Assembly (NCBI GenBank): GCA_951406725.2 | Contig: OX597814.1 | Coordinates: 40,300,001-40,364,000 of the forward strand | DNA: 64,000 nt | Reading direction: 5' to 3' | DNA from: Octopus vulgaris | Taxonomy: Eukaryota | Shown: piece after piece, positions 40,229-55,625 of the stretch | Position numbering within the stretch: the stretch's first letter is position 1 | How the letters are laid out: each line of letters begins with the position of its first letter | Translations under genes and position numbers: made by a program | The notes under the pieces: generated by a model | The model's database searches: none | Told to the model about the DNA's origin: nothing | The model's input: the letters and a program-made list of their open reading frames with translations, nothing else

Positions 40229-40964
40229 TACATATATTATCTATACCCGAGTTCTATAATGGCATATAGTTTGCAATAAAAATCTTCAAATGCTAATATA
40301 ATGTATTCATTTACATAGCGGGTGTTACTAATTTACATCCTGTTATGTATGATACAAACTTGGACTAATGGCTCGCCTTTCTTTGTGAAGCTTGTTGAAT
40401 AGACCGTAGTCTCCTTCCTTGTAGTTGTCATATTCTCATATTACATTGAATCACATTCACAAACTTATAAGCAACTCATGGTCATAAGAATAAAATGAAA
40501 CGTATATCGAAATGTAATATTTGTAGTAATTTGGCAAAATTTAAAACACAGGTGTGATGTTTTACCACAGAAATGAATACATCCAGCTTGGTTAACTGAA
40601 ATCACTTCCGTTAATAATTATGATTCAAATGATTCACACCATTTCTTAATGTCAACACCAACGTATCTTAATGGTCTCTCGAAATAATTAATTACTGTAT
40701 TTAGTTGAACGATATGGTCATTGATGTGTTGTCATATATAGGAACTAATTAAATATATATTTCAGTAGCTGTGCAGTCCAGAGTTTTTTCTAAATTTGGT
40801 GGGACCTGTAACTGTTTTAAATATGGTTTTACATTTTTTTCTGTTCGGTTAAGTAAAACCTAAATTGCATATATCTTTTAAGTGAAAGATAACAATGTAC
40901 AGCTCGGCTCTACGTAAATCATAAATCAGCGCTTAAATATTACTGTCAATTGTATGAACATATA

Positions 40965-41512
40965 TAACCACCTATATTATTGCTGTTATTATCATCAATT
41001 ATTTATATTCACCACAGATAATATTAACAATAATGATATCTTTATGAGTGTTCACATTTGAATATTCACTCATTATTAATAATATATTTACACTGAGGCC
41101 GTTCTGTTTTTGTTGGAATACAAATCAGAACGCTGGCAATCTTCAACATGATATGTTTGATTTTTTTTTATTTTACTGAAGGTAATTGAGGCCAGAACTT
41201 GAAATCATGATACAAGAATATCCAAGTGCCAGTAACTGTTATGGTATGTCTTAAATCTTTACGCGCTTGCCTGATTACTGTTGTTTTCCTTCATATTTTC
41301 AGTGTTAACAAGGTTATAATGGAGTTTTAACTCCTATTTTAACAGGTTCGGCGCTTAGTACGCCCTTATGCTTAATGCTAACTTTAATTCTATAGCCATT
41401 TAATACTGTTCGATACCTGTAAGCACCTATATTATAGCTCTTATCAATTATTTATATTCACCGCAGATAATACTAAAAATAATATCTTTATGAGTATCCA
41501 AATTTGGGTATT

Positions 41513-41515
<3 letters not shown>
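40965..41515. repeat. Diverged direct duplication (about 100 bp core, about 455 bp period)
   Basis: cacctatattat...atcaattatttatattcacc.cagataata...atatctttatgagt at about 40969-41090 and 41424-41512. Confidence 0.85.
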
Positions 41516-41559
<44 letters not shown>

Positions 41560-41603
41560 TATTAAAGAAAGGAGTTGAACGACGAATTAACGAAATTCCT
41601 TTA

Positions 41604-41686
41604 TTTTCGACATATGTTTCGAAGGCTGCATATTCCTAATTGCGACGGAATAAGGAGTATATTATGCCGCTTTCTCATCAGGAAAA
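41604..41686 (-). ncRNA. Type I hammerhead ribozyme with long stem II
   Basis: Minus strand: UUUUC-CUGAUGA-[GAAAGCGGCAUA...UAUGCAGCCUUC]-GAAAC-AUAU-GUC-GAAAA, then UAAA completing an AAUAAA. Canonical core, GUC triplet, palindrome ACAUAUGU. Confidence 0.85.
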
Positions 41687-42099
41687 GCAAGGAACTTATG
41701 TCAACATCAAGATGCACAAAAACATTTTAGATGACTGCTCACACGGAGCCCATAGTGAACCGAATTATCCATAACAAGATAATTCATTCAACTACTCAAA
41801 TATATATATATATATATATCAAATATATAAACACAAAATCATGAAAATATTTCCGAGATTTTAAATGTATTTCGATATGTTCTACCTAAAAACCAGTGTA
41901 AGAATGTTGTCTGAGAAGTAAGTTTTGATTTATGTATGCCAATCCTGATATTATCCCCACTACGACACAGTGATGATAAGAAATGTGTGCCTTGTGTATA
42001 TATAGAGTGGCTAATGTCGAATGTATGGAGTCCAAATATCAGTATTTTGACATTCTAATATATTGTGAAGTAGCCAACCACCCTAATGTACTAACCAGG

Positions 42100-42730
42100 T
42101 GAATTTAGATTTTAAGGATGATCAAATCCACTTTTCATCTATTTGCAAGTGTTTATGTTAACCCTAGCGATAATAATTCAAGCTTTGTTCTCAACAATTC
42201 CAAAGTCAGGTGCAGCATCTTCAAAATGAAATGCATTTTATGCACAAACATATATTAAATATTAATGAAAAGTAAATTCACAAATCTGGTTTTATCAACT
42301 TATATTTGAGCTACATCCAATTAGTAAACCTCCATAATTAATTCTCATATACTTTCCCTTAAAAATAGTTATGGCGAATTGTGGATTACTGTAAAAATAG
42401 CAACATGATATAAAAGCCAAAGTGTATTAAAATGAGATAGGTGGGAGTAGGAGATGCAAAAATTATGTACTTCACCAGTACACATATCATTTTAAATGCT
42501 GCACCTAATTTAACTTGACACTTCTAAACCCCAGTGAATACACCATCATTTTCATTGGTGGAATCATTTATAAATACTAGTGCACAGAATAAAGTTATCT
42601 GAACCGACGGCGAATAGTATACTTCCATCATAAGCATAGTCAAGGACAATATAATTAACACACATACTTGGATAACAGGATTGCCTACAGTATTCAAATT
42701 TAAAAAAGCAAATTTAGACAGAGTCAATAC
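42100..42730 (+). mobile_element. Possible ancient LINE AP-endonuclease relic
   Basis: LTLLNPSEYT and FKFKKAN traces only. Confidence 0.3.
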
Positions 42731-43564
42731 TTAGTATAGGATCGGTAGACTGTAATAGTCTAGATATTTATTTGCTTATCGTATTCAGGAATAGTATGTG
42801 TCCTTTACTGTTACAACTAAGTCTTTTTTTAATTTTTTTATTTGTATCGTTTGCAAAAGTTTCTCGAAGTAAGTCAATGTGGTACTAGTAGTATACTGAA
42901 TATATGAAAATGCATAAATTTCCTAATTCTGCAACATTATATTTTTATTTTCACCCATCGAATTACAACTGATAGTTGAAGTAATATTACTGTTCTGTTG
43001 CATACTTCCGTGAGAGTGGAAGACCACATTTATTAAGTTTGCTGTTCATTACGGTATCTAGAAATAGCTCTCAAAATAATTTGATAGCGAAAGAAGAAAG
43101 TGGCATTGAAAAGCCATGGAATGATAGTACATGTACAGTAACACTCTTTTTTACTTTACGTAAGACCATGTTGTGAAATATGTATGGTAATGTGAGAGAT
43201 TTTTGTATTAAATTAAATTGATGTAGTGAATTTAGAAACCACGATTATAAGTGAGATGGTGTTGTTAACAATGATATGAATACTGATGTAATATTGGCAT
43301 ACTTCTTGGTTAAAATATTTTTATTTGTGTCTAGATAATGTAAGTGCAATTTAGAACAAGACACCACTTAACATATGCTAGCAGACTAGCTAGCAAACTA
43401 AACTGGTAATTTCTTATACTGGAAATAGTATTGAATATAAAATTAATTCGTCTATTGACAGTAATGCATAACAAAGGAGGTTATGGCTGGTGTTGGGTCT
43501 GTGTATCGGAGGGTTTTTATATTAATAAATTTATATCAAATATTATTAATCAGAGAAGTGAATA

Positions 43565-44250
43565 GAACCTAAAATACCAGGACCTTAATATAAATCATGC
43601 CTACATATTAACTATGCTTAACTTTACGCTAAATTATTATATGTACAATTAACGAAGATAAATGATATTTTATAATTTTCTACCTTACTTAATAATAATT
43701 CTACCCCATATTAGTAACAGACACTATCCTATGTTTGAATATTCTGCTATTTGTAACACTAATTATTACCCATTAATGCCGGTACCCTAATTCAAGCCGT
43801 TCATATATATTAGCTAATTCCCTACCTTTGTTAACCATAATTTGCTCTTGCTTATTAATAGATAATTTATTAAACCATATTCGGATCGTCTACTACCTAG
43901 ATGAATATAATTAAATAATTCCCAGCCTTATTAACCATAATTTATTTTCAACTTAGTAATAAATATAGTATTAGACCCTATTAAAAAGTTTTGCTATCTG
44001 TAAAAAATACTCATTTCCCACACACCCCAGTACCTTAAATGTAAATAGTTTCTATATAGCAATTATACCCAACGTTACAATTAATTATTAAAATTTAACT
44101 TTACATTAGTTCAATACAAATGAATAAATACCTGCTGCGGTTAGCCATACTATCGTTTCATCTTAGTAACAGAGAATGTATTACACCATATTCAGATATT
44201 CTGCTATTGGTAAGTTACATTTCACCCATCGATGTATAGTATCCTCATGT
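43565..44250. repeat. Degenerate tandem repeat, unit about 210-250 bp
   Basis: ttagtaa...tattctgctat..gtaa variants at about 43711, 43953 and 44163; cag/ggtacc(c/t)taa variants at about 43578, 43781, 44028 and 44237. Confidence 0.65.
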
Positions 44251-44772
44251 ATTATATTTAAGGCTTTGTACATATTGTACATATTCTAATAACTGCTTTA
44301 GAAGGAGCACATGATTCTGTAATTCTTCACGTGGAAAACACTGTATTCCTGTTGTTTAAACCTTCGACATTATTTTCTTTTTATTCTTGTGCATGATTCA
44401 TTAAATGTACACTTTCAATGCAGTCGTTCCGATTCAATGTGATTGAAGCGTTTATCTCATAGCGATATGGGCCAACAATAAATTTCAATATGAGACACTA
44501 TTCATATTTTTCATATTAAGATATTTATATGTATATATTTGAACGCATGTACATATGTATGCGTGTATATATGTTTATACTTAGCCACATACACACATTA
44601 ATTGTACTACATTGAAATTATAATTAAATGATGATGGCATCGAAACAGGCGTAATCTTAAGAATGACCAGTGGTGAAATTCTCCTCTCATAGTTCCCCCA
44701 CTGCATATGGTTTTCATTTATATGTGCGTGTGTGTGTGTTTCTGTGTGTGTGTGTGTGCGTGTGCGTGTATG

Positions 44773-44839
<67 letters not shown>

Positions 44840-47474
44840 ATATGCATGTTTATATATATACTTATATGCCTATGTTTGTGCGTGTGTGTGTGCGTGCATT
44901 CGTGTGTGTGTTTGTGTGTGTGTATGTGTGTGTGTGTGGTACTGTGTGTGTAACAAGAAGTACAACAGGGCGTAAAATTACTCGCGAGGGAAAGTGAGAG
45001 CTTGAGGTGATAATGAAAAGATAGCAAGATTTATGCATATTATATCACGGGAGAGACGGTGTTTAGCATTTTTGCAAATCGTTTTTCGTATACTAAATAT
45101 ATTATATATAGTATACGTAATACTTACATGATGACAACGACACTAGCTGTTCTTTATCGTAAAATACGTAGATCAAAGTCCAAGATTAATTTTTACCGAC
45201 TAATTTCTAGTAAAACGAAAAAAAATGTGAATTCATATATTCATTTCACGAGAAATCAAATGAAATAATTTATTAGAAACTTAAATTTCCTCGACCTTTT
45301 TAAAATTCAGAATAATACCAAATGGTACCAGACGTAAAATCTCCAGCTACGAAATGAGTCAAATTTCTTTCAAAATTATTCAAGCTTTCATTAACCTAGA
45401 CATGAATATTTCATGTTTATCTCTTAAAACAAAATATATTCACTTGCTAAATAGTGTATTATTTTATAGACACTAACACGCCTAGATAGAGAAAGACGAT
45501 CACGTACATACAACCACATACATAAACAAGCAGACAAATATATAAATACATAAAAATATGTGTGCATATATGTACATATATATAATATATAAATATACAA
45601 ACATATATATATATATAACATATAGATAAATATAAAATTATAGATTCACACGGCTATGTAAATTCACATCGCTATATACTCCCATTCCTTCTCACATATA
45701 TGTTTCCGTCTGTGTGTGGGGTGAATGTGTGTGCGAATGAGTTAATGTGTGTGTGTATAGATGTATCATGTTTGCGTGTATACAGACACACAAACACACA
45801 CACATGTATACATATATTCGTTTATACTGGAAAAATATAATTTTGTCTATTTAAGTAAAATAACTAGTTACTTCATAATTATATATTTCACGGTGCATTT
45901 GCATTATCATTTCGTTGAAATCGGAGACATATTCAAGAAAAGGTTGTTGAATTCGAAATCGATGATGTGTTATAAATGTAAATGTAAAGTGATGCGGTGG
46001 AGCATATAAATGGAAGAAAATGTTCCTCCGTCGGTGACGACGGTACATATTCATTCCTTTATAAAACTAAATTTCCTACTCAATCAATTAGCCTGGAAAT
46101 GTATCATTATGCAAATGAATATTTAATGTTGTTTTCATACTAAGTCTTAATCATTGCGGCAACCTTTGTGACAATTGTCCATATTTGAGATAAAATTCAA
46201 TAAATTTCAAATAAAAGTGGAATAAATTAGAAGCGTTTCTAAGCAACTTCTGTACATACATTATATTCAGTATGCTTGGTTCGACACAACCGTTGGCCAA
46301 TGTTTCTTTTAGAAGAATTGAATCTAGGTTTCAAGGATGTGGAATATGCTTCATACATCATCGAGGAAAGATTTCGCCATATTAAAAACTGTTCCGAAAT
46401 AGAAATATATATGTCTGTCGGAGTATAGCAACACAAATGGATACCAAACCACGGAAACAGAACAAAAAGAAGGCAAAAAGATACACATTTATATACACAC
46501 ACTTATACAGATATATCTTACACATACAACTATACAATTACATATATATGCACACATACATATATATATATGTCTGCCTCTGAATGTATGTAGGTTTCAA
46601 CATAAATTTGCTCTTAAGGACACAACCAAAGAATGACACTTCATACATTGAGTACATATTAATTTTTAAAAAACTTGGCCAACATTTTTCTAGCAGAGAA
46701 CAATTTTCTTGAAAGCAAAGATAGAATAAGTGGACTTGGAACATATTGCAAAGCTTCACCATAAACAGGTTTTGTATTCCCATTCGTGTGTTAATGCATT
46801 TTTAGTTGTATAACTTCTTTATTCCTCTCTCCCCACTCTTTCTCTCTCATTCTGTTAATTGTTTTCAACTATCACCATCACTAGTACCACCACCATTGCC
46901 ATCACAACTGCCGTACATACACCGTTCAGACTTCTCCTGGCACCATCATCAACACCTTTGACTTCGCCACAATCCCCTCCCAACAACATCACCAGTGTCG
47001 TTCACGTCCCTTACCATCACTGGAATGCTTGACCGCCTCAAATACCACCACCACAATCATCAGCACAACCCTCACCTCCGAGTCTGTCAGAACTACAGCT
47101 CATACTATTACTTTCACTCCATTACCTCATCTATTAATCTACTAGAGCCCTCAACATCTCTATTGCTACTATTACTCTCAACTCAGCAAGAAGTGTCAAT
47201 GAAGAGTGAGAAAGTAGGGTCAATGTATGACAGACTGGCACAGAGAAATTCGTTTTGGCATTTACTGTATGTACACACGAATACAGAATATACATATACG
47301 TAGTAGTAAATTTGAATTTACAAGTAAGTGGTAACTAGTTTTCGCATAATGGCAGATGTCCTGAAATTACCAGGATGGTAATCCTATGGGCAATATAAGA
47401 AAATTAGTATTCAGAATGTCATAGAAAATCGCATCTAAGCATGCATTGATATATGATTATCGAAGTATCAGTGT

Positions 47475-48770
<1,296 letters not shown>

Positions 48771-50184
48771 AATGCCTACATAGATACATACATATATTCT
48801 TCAAATTGTTCTCATCAATTATATATTTGTCTTCCTTCACTGATGCGTTTCGTGTACTTGGTGTCAATCTTTTTTTTATCAAGTTTAAATAATTTGTAAT
48901 GATTTTATTTTCGTTTCATTGCGTGGTACAGTTACAGAAGTGTTAATATTGAAGACAAACGTCTTTGTGGTATCGAATTACTTTGTGGTATCGAATGACA
49001 TTCTCATTAGAAGTAGACAGTAGCTTTTGGATCACTGTTTCCTTTCATGTTTTCTTAGTTAATCTCTTTGGAAACTTCAAGGTATGATGCACGGGGATAT
49101 TTGTAATCTTCTGTGTTTCTTTATATTGGGATTTGCGTTTTAGATTTTCTTATGTTTACGAGAATTTCACTGCTGTGTAGCTAACCAGAATTTGACTGTG
49201 CGCCGATCAACTATTCACAAAAATTAGATGAGAAAAATATGGAAGAATGCCTTTCAAATGCCTTAAATAGAAACTTTGTGCTATAACGACTGTATATGCA
49301 TTATCGCTGTTAAAAATCGGATATCTGACTTCCTTGCCATTTGTGATTAGCCAGGTGTCTTGTATGACGCATCTAACATATAATCAATTGTGATTTTGAA
49401 TTCTTGCAACAGATTATTGTTCTGTATTCTGTTCAGGAGGATTCATATCATTAAACTCAGGAAGCGGGGGCTATTATCGTATAATATACAGTCTACCATA
49501 TAATACGTAGATTATAATTACCCATTTAGCTACCAATATACTGATCAGTCGACTAATGTGCATACCAGCGTTTTCATTGCCGACCCAACCTCATTCCTGA
49601 AATTCCTCCTTCGCGATCCAACTACATTTTGATTCACCTTTTCCCTTACTTAACATTCGCTCCCTTCTCTTCTCTCACTATCTTAATCATATTGACTACG
49701 ATCCGAAATTTTTAACATGTCTTCATAAAGCCAGTAGCATTGGCCATCAACAAATACTGCTTAATTCCCCTCCCATTTATCTCCAAATTCTTCACTCCTA
49801 TTCCTAATACTAAATCTTTCAATATCCTAAGCATTCACGCCACCATCGTTCTGACATGATTCTCCGATTTCTTATCCCCTCTGATACTCCACTACTCCAC
49901 ATATTCCCATCAAGTTACCTAGATACCTACTTCCTACAACCGTTAATAATACTTTGCCTCCTACTATACATATTTCCATGCATAATGATCTAATATGTTA
50001 GAATCTTTTATATCCACCCAGATGAAAGATGCTCTCCAGTTTACCAATTTTTGTGTGTTTCTATTACAGGATGCAAATTTTGTTCAGATACATCTCCCAA
50101 CATTATGCCCACGAAATAAGCTGTCGGACATGTAACAACTTCTCACTCTAAATAATTATGACTATGCAATCTCAATACGTTTAA

Positions 50185-50240
<56 letters not shown>

Positions 50241-50320
50241 TGATTATTATTTGAGGGAATAAAATCCAAACTTACAAGGAAAAGATTTCAATTTAGAAAT
50301 ACTAAATCAAATTTCACAGA

Positions 50321-50373
<53 letters not shown>

Positions 50374-50521
50374 TTAGAAAAAAACACCTTTTATCAATTC
50401 AAAATGGACAATTAAATTACACCATCTAGAAAATTAACATATAATAGAAATATTAAAATTAAAATAACAATAAGATGTCAATGATTAAGTAAATTGCCAA
50501 AAAATAATAATAAAAACGTAT

Positions 50522-50581
<60 letters not shown>

Positions 50582-50834
50582 TTGGTTGTCAATTGAAAAA
50601 ATTTGATTCTGCCTTATCTTTTTGCACATTAAAATCTAAGTCTTAACTCTTAATTTGAATTATTGTATTTACATCTGCCATTTGCATTCCACGTATTGCT
50701 CTTTGCTACCCTCCTGAATTCGGTGAAGATATCGGAATGTAAATTCAAAGCATTTGAGTGGTACAATGTGTTTCTATAATGCGATTTTCTAGATCTCATC
50801 CGTTGTCTAGATCTCATGTATGTGTGTGTATATG

Positions 50835-51025
50835 TTTGTGTGACTGTGTTTGGGCCCCCCAACATCGCTTGACAACAGATGCTGGTGTGTTTACGTCCCC
50901 GTCACAAAAGAGACCTATAGAATAAGTACTGGGCTTACAAAGAATAAGTCCCGGGGTCGATTTGCTTGAATACAGGTGGTGCTCCAGCATTGCGGCAGCC
51001 AGATGACTGAAACAAGTAAAAAGGA
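50835..51025 (+). mobile_element. SINE family 1, 3' half
   Basis: gctggtgtgtttacgtccccgtcac...aataagtactgggcttacaaagaataagtcccggggtcgatttg...ggtggtgctccagcat...gactgaaacaagtaaaa. Confidence 0.9.
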
Positions 51026-51027
51026 AT

Positions 51028-51143
<116 letters not shown>

Positions 51144-51376
51144 AGAGGATATGAAGGGTTTTCTTCACTCCTAATCTAAACCAATAGGTGCACTCTGTAG
51201 GTGCTATAATTGGTATTCCGTTATGTTCCAAATTCCATGGAATATATTTCAGGTTCCAAGATTTCAAGGAACAGATTTAATGGCTAGCAATTTCAATAAG
51301 AATGCAAAATTCAAAATACTACGAAAATAACTTCGTGCCCTTGAAATCAGCTCTCGGACTTTTTCTCTAATATATA

Positions 51377-52233
51377 CGGTGTGCAATAGCTAAATTGCCC
51401 CAATTTTAAATTTGGTTTTTAATTTTTATTTATGTACATTAATTGTTTAAGATTTTGTTGACTACATAGTATAGCAGGGTCAGTTGGGCACCAGTCGGGA
51501 GAAAAGCAGCACCATGATGCAATTCACTCAGCAAGAAATTTGGAAACGACATACTTTTCTGCTTGGTATTCACACCGGAAGCTCCAATATGAATATTTCA
51601 GAGTTTTGGGGGTGTCACTCTGAGGACAGTGCAATCAAGGAACATATAGCGAGATTGATAAAACTCGAATATCCAGTCAACATCCTTATGGTTTGAGCGG
51701 TCACAAGAGATGGCGACGTTATGCCTCCATTTATTTTCCCACGCGGCCTCCGTATCAACATCATGTGCCTTGAGGCAGCAGCGGTGCCCTGGAGTCAAGT
51801 GTGGCAAAAGGACTCTGCATCATTCCAAACAAGCAGGAAAACCCAGTCATGGTCGTCAGTTTCTGCGACCTCATCAGTCCCATCATTTGGCCGCTTAATT
51901 CCCAAGACTGCAACCCCATTGATTATTATGTGTAGGGTGCATTAGAGCGAGAGAACAACAAAACTCCCCCCAACACAAAAGATGAAATCAAAGCAAGGAT
52001 TATGGTAGCGTTCACCAAATTAAAAACGAAGATATAGTCCAGAAGAGTTAGAGGAGATTCAAAAGTTGTCTGAAGGCCGTGGTTGAAGCTAATGGCAATT
52101 TCATTGAATAGGTTTACTCTTTAGTAGTTGAAGATATTGCTATGTATTTTGGTAAATATATCTGTTAAAATGAGATGTGAGAGTTATTTTCATTTTTCCA
52201 TAATTCAAACGACATTCTATTCAATGCACTTTG
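51377..52233 (+). mobile_element. Internally deleted DD37D/maT-like Tc1/mariner element
   Basis: TA-flanked decayed TIRs (cggtgtgcaatagctaaattg / cgacattctattcaatgcactttg). C-terminus WPLNSQDCNPIDYYV*GALERE...RRFKSCLKAVVEANGNFIE*. Confidence 0.8.
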
Positions 52234-52422
52234 TACACACACGCACACATAGCTCTCTCTCTCTCTCCTATATATATATATATATATATATATCTTCGTT
52301 TAGGCATTAATAAAGTGTTGTAGAACTGAATATACGTTTGGTCCAGAACGCTATGTAATATGAGTATAGAGTGGTAATAGAAAACAGATATATCAACCGA
52401 AAAACCAAATGTTATGCTGTAA

Positions 52423-52518
52423 CATTCAGTAGCTTATAGCTATTTCTGCAATAAGATATGGTGAACTCATTGTTGAGTATCTGTATAGCATCATATAGCG
52501 TCATCGGACCGTTGAATG
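52423..52518 (-). ncRNA. Degenerate type I hammerhead motif
   Basis: Minus strand: CAUUCA.../...UGAAUG outer stem I; core CCGAUGA (U4>C); long stem II capped by ACUCA/UGAGU; GAAA-UAGCUA-UA with palindrome AUAGCUAU. Confidence 0.55.
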
Positions 52519-53139
52519 TGAAGTGCAATTTATTTGGGAAAGTTATATTTTAGAAAATACAATCGTTATGAGTGAGAAAGTTTATGTTCATGTCTATTGA
52601 AAGTCTTCACCCAAGGTAGAAAAATATGCAAATATACACAAGCGTTTAGGATAGGATTAAAACGGAGATATATGGATAACATTCATACATACATACACAC
52701 AAGCAGAAGCACACACGCTCTTCCAAAGAAAGGAGCACAGAAAGAAAAAAAAATAATGTGTAGTGGCTAGCGATCTATCATGGCGATTGCCGGACAAAGG
52801 GGTCACACAGGAGAGCTAGGAAGAAGGTTAGATAATAGATTAGTGGCAATCCCAAAACGATGCTGCGCGTGCGTGTGTATAAGAGAGCGTGTATGTGCAC
52901 GTGGAAGAGGGCTGGTGACTTTGAGGTGTCTGTGTGTGTGTAGATGTGAGGGTGATAATGTGGGGCTGTGAAGTGGTAAATATTAGTGCGCGCGTGGTGG
53001 TGTGATGTGATGTGGAGGAGGCAAGAATGGGGAAAGTAAGGGTGGGAGTGGGTCAGGTTGAGGGTGGGGTAGATGTGGAATATGTGGGAGGTGGGAGTGT
53101 GAAAAAAAATATATATTTCTCGCCCAGGAATGACAAGAT

Positions 53140-55625
53140 GTGAAAAGGACAGGCGAGGTCCCTCCTGAACCTCATCAACACCCTGTACATGGAGCAGGTA
53201 ATACTCCAACCAACCAGGGCAGGTAACACACTGGATCTCTGCTTCACAAATGACATGGATCTCATCCATAATGTGAAAGTGACACCGACACTACTCTCGG
53301 ATCACAACATGATAGAGCTGACCATGTACGGGCCAAAAGAGAGCACGGACATGCAGCCTACAAGAAACCCTCATAATCTGTCCAGCTTGAACTACCATAA
53401 GTCAAACTGGAAACAAATTGAGAAAGAGATCCTCAAACAAAACTGGCCTAAATGTCTCTCCTCGCCAGACATCGACGTGAAACTTCAACAATTCATGTCT
53501 GTAATGCAAGCCATATGCTACAAATGAGGAAAATTTTAATGAGACGGCGTACAAAATTTTCAAATCGCCTAAACAAACAGATTGAAAGCAGTGAAAAGTC
53601 CCGCCTAAAAATAAAACTGTTGGAAATCGAAACATGTCTGCAACTCTCCCATGAAAAGGAAAGAGCAAACAAAGAAGCCTGGGCTATAGACAACATAAAA
53701 TCTAACCCCAGAGCTTTCTACAGGTATGCCAAAGAAACAGCTACGGTGCACTGTAGAATAGGGCCACTCCTCGAAAAGGATGGCACACTTACAGGAAAAC
53801 CAATGAGGGTAAGTGAAATACTGAATGAGCAATTCAAGAGTGTTTTCACTCCACCCCTTGGGCATCTCCAAATCACTAATCCAACTGACTTTTTTACCAC
53901 TGCAGATATAAAATCAGAGGCGGCGACGATAGATTACATCGATATAAAGGAAGACGATGTAATCAAGGCTATAGATGAAATGAAAACAGACTCAGCTACT
54001 GGCCCCGATGGATTCCCGGCAATCCTCCTAAAAGCATGTAAGAGAGTCCTAGCAAGACCACTGCAGTTCCTCTTTCAGAGCTTCTTTGCAGCTTGCAAAC
54101 TTCCAAGAAAACTGAAAGAAGGTAAAATATGCCCCATTCATAAAGGAGGTAGCAGAGCGGGAGCCAAGAACTATAGACCTATCTCTCTGACCTCACACAT
54201 CAGCAAGGTCATGGAACGAATAGTCAGAAGGAAGCTGATCACCTTCCTTGAAGAGAATGACTTGCTGCCCGACACCCAACATGGTTTCCGACCAGGGAGA
54301 AGCTGTTTAACTCAGCTCCTACAACACTATGACTGGGTGCTGAAACGGCTGCTCAACCACTCAAATGTGGAAGTGATATATCTCGACTTTGCAAAGGCCT
54401 TTGATAAAGTCGATCATGGAATGATATGTCACAAACTGCGTGATCTCAACATAGTTGGAAAACTGGGAGAATGGCTTCATGACTTTCTGAAAGATAGAAG
54501 TCAGGCGGTAGTGGCCAAATGGGCCACTTCCATTAACACGCAAATAGTGAGCGGTGTTCCGCAGGGCACTGTTCTGGGACCACTACTGTTCATAATGGCC
54601 CTCTCAGACATGCCCTCAGCCACGCAGAGAGCCACGATCACAAGTTATGCAGATGATACAAAAGTTTCACAGGCAATACAAAACCCTGAGGACACTAAAC
54701 ACCTGCAATGTGAGCTAGACAAAATATACAAGTGGGCCGAAAAGAATAGCATGCAGTTCAATGCTGAAAAGTTTCAAGCTCTATACTATCAGCATGCAAA
54801 ACTAAATGCAATACCCAATGAATACACTGGACCCGGAGGAATAGCAATCCCAGAGGCACAATCAGTGCGTGACCTAGGTATTTACATGAGTGATGACGCG
54901 ACCTTTCGTGTACATGTTGCTAAATTGGCAATGAAATGTAGACGACTGGCAGGATGGATCCTCAGAACCTTTAGAACAAGAGAACAAGAAACTATGATGG
55001 TCCTCTGGAGGACACTTGTCCTAAGCCACTTTGACTACTGCTCTCAGTTATGGTCACCATCCAGTGTCAAGTTGATCACAGAGCTCGAGGCGATCCAACG
55101 TAGCTACACGAAGAAGATAGCCTCTATGCAGAATGTAAGCTACTGGGAAAGACTCAAGATATTAAAACTATATTCCCTGGAGCGTAGGCGGGAAAGATAT
55201 GCCATAATATACATCTGGAAGATCCTGGAGGGACGTGTCCTGAACTTTGGCATCGAGAGTTACGCAAAAGCCAGAACTGGGCGCCACTGCGTGGTGCCTA
55301 GGACTCCAAACTTGCCATCATGATGTAGGACAATATTCTGTGATTGCCTGGGCTTCCGAGGCCCACAGCTCTTCAATATCCTCCCGAAGAACCTGAGAGA
55401 CCTGCATGGGGTGGATGCAGATGTCTTTAAAATGAAGCTGGATCTCTTCCTGTCAGGTGTCCCAGATGAACCAACTTCACGGCAGGAGGGGCAGATGAGG
55501 GCAGCTGCATCGAACTCTCTCATGCACCAAATGGCAGTTGCTAGAAAGCTTTCGTGAAGTGAAACCAAGTAGCAACACCAAATGGCGGTGCCCCAGGATG
55601 GCCACAGCTCATAAGCTGAAACTAG

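Noticed and set aside
52778-53269. 163-aa minus-strand His-rich ORF
   Set aside because: Antisense of the LINE 5' end plus a GT-rich low-complexity repeat.
55321-55323. Idea that A-to-I editing or readthrough of the TGA restores LINE ORF2
   Set aside because: No supporting evidence. The copy is also 5'-truncated and frameshifted, so a simple nonsense mutation is sufficient.
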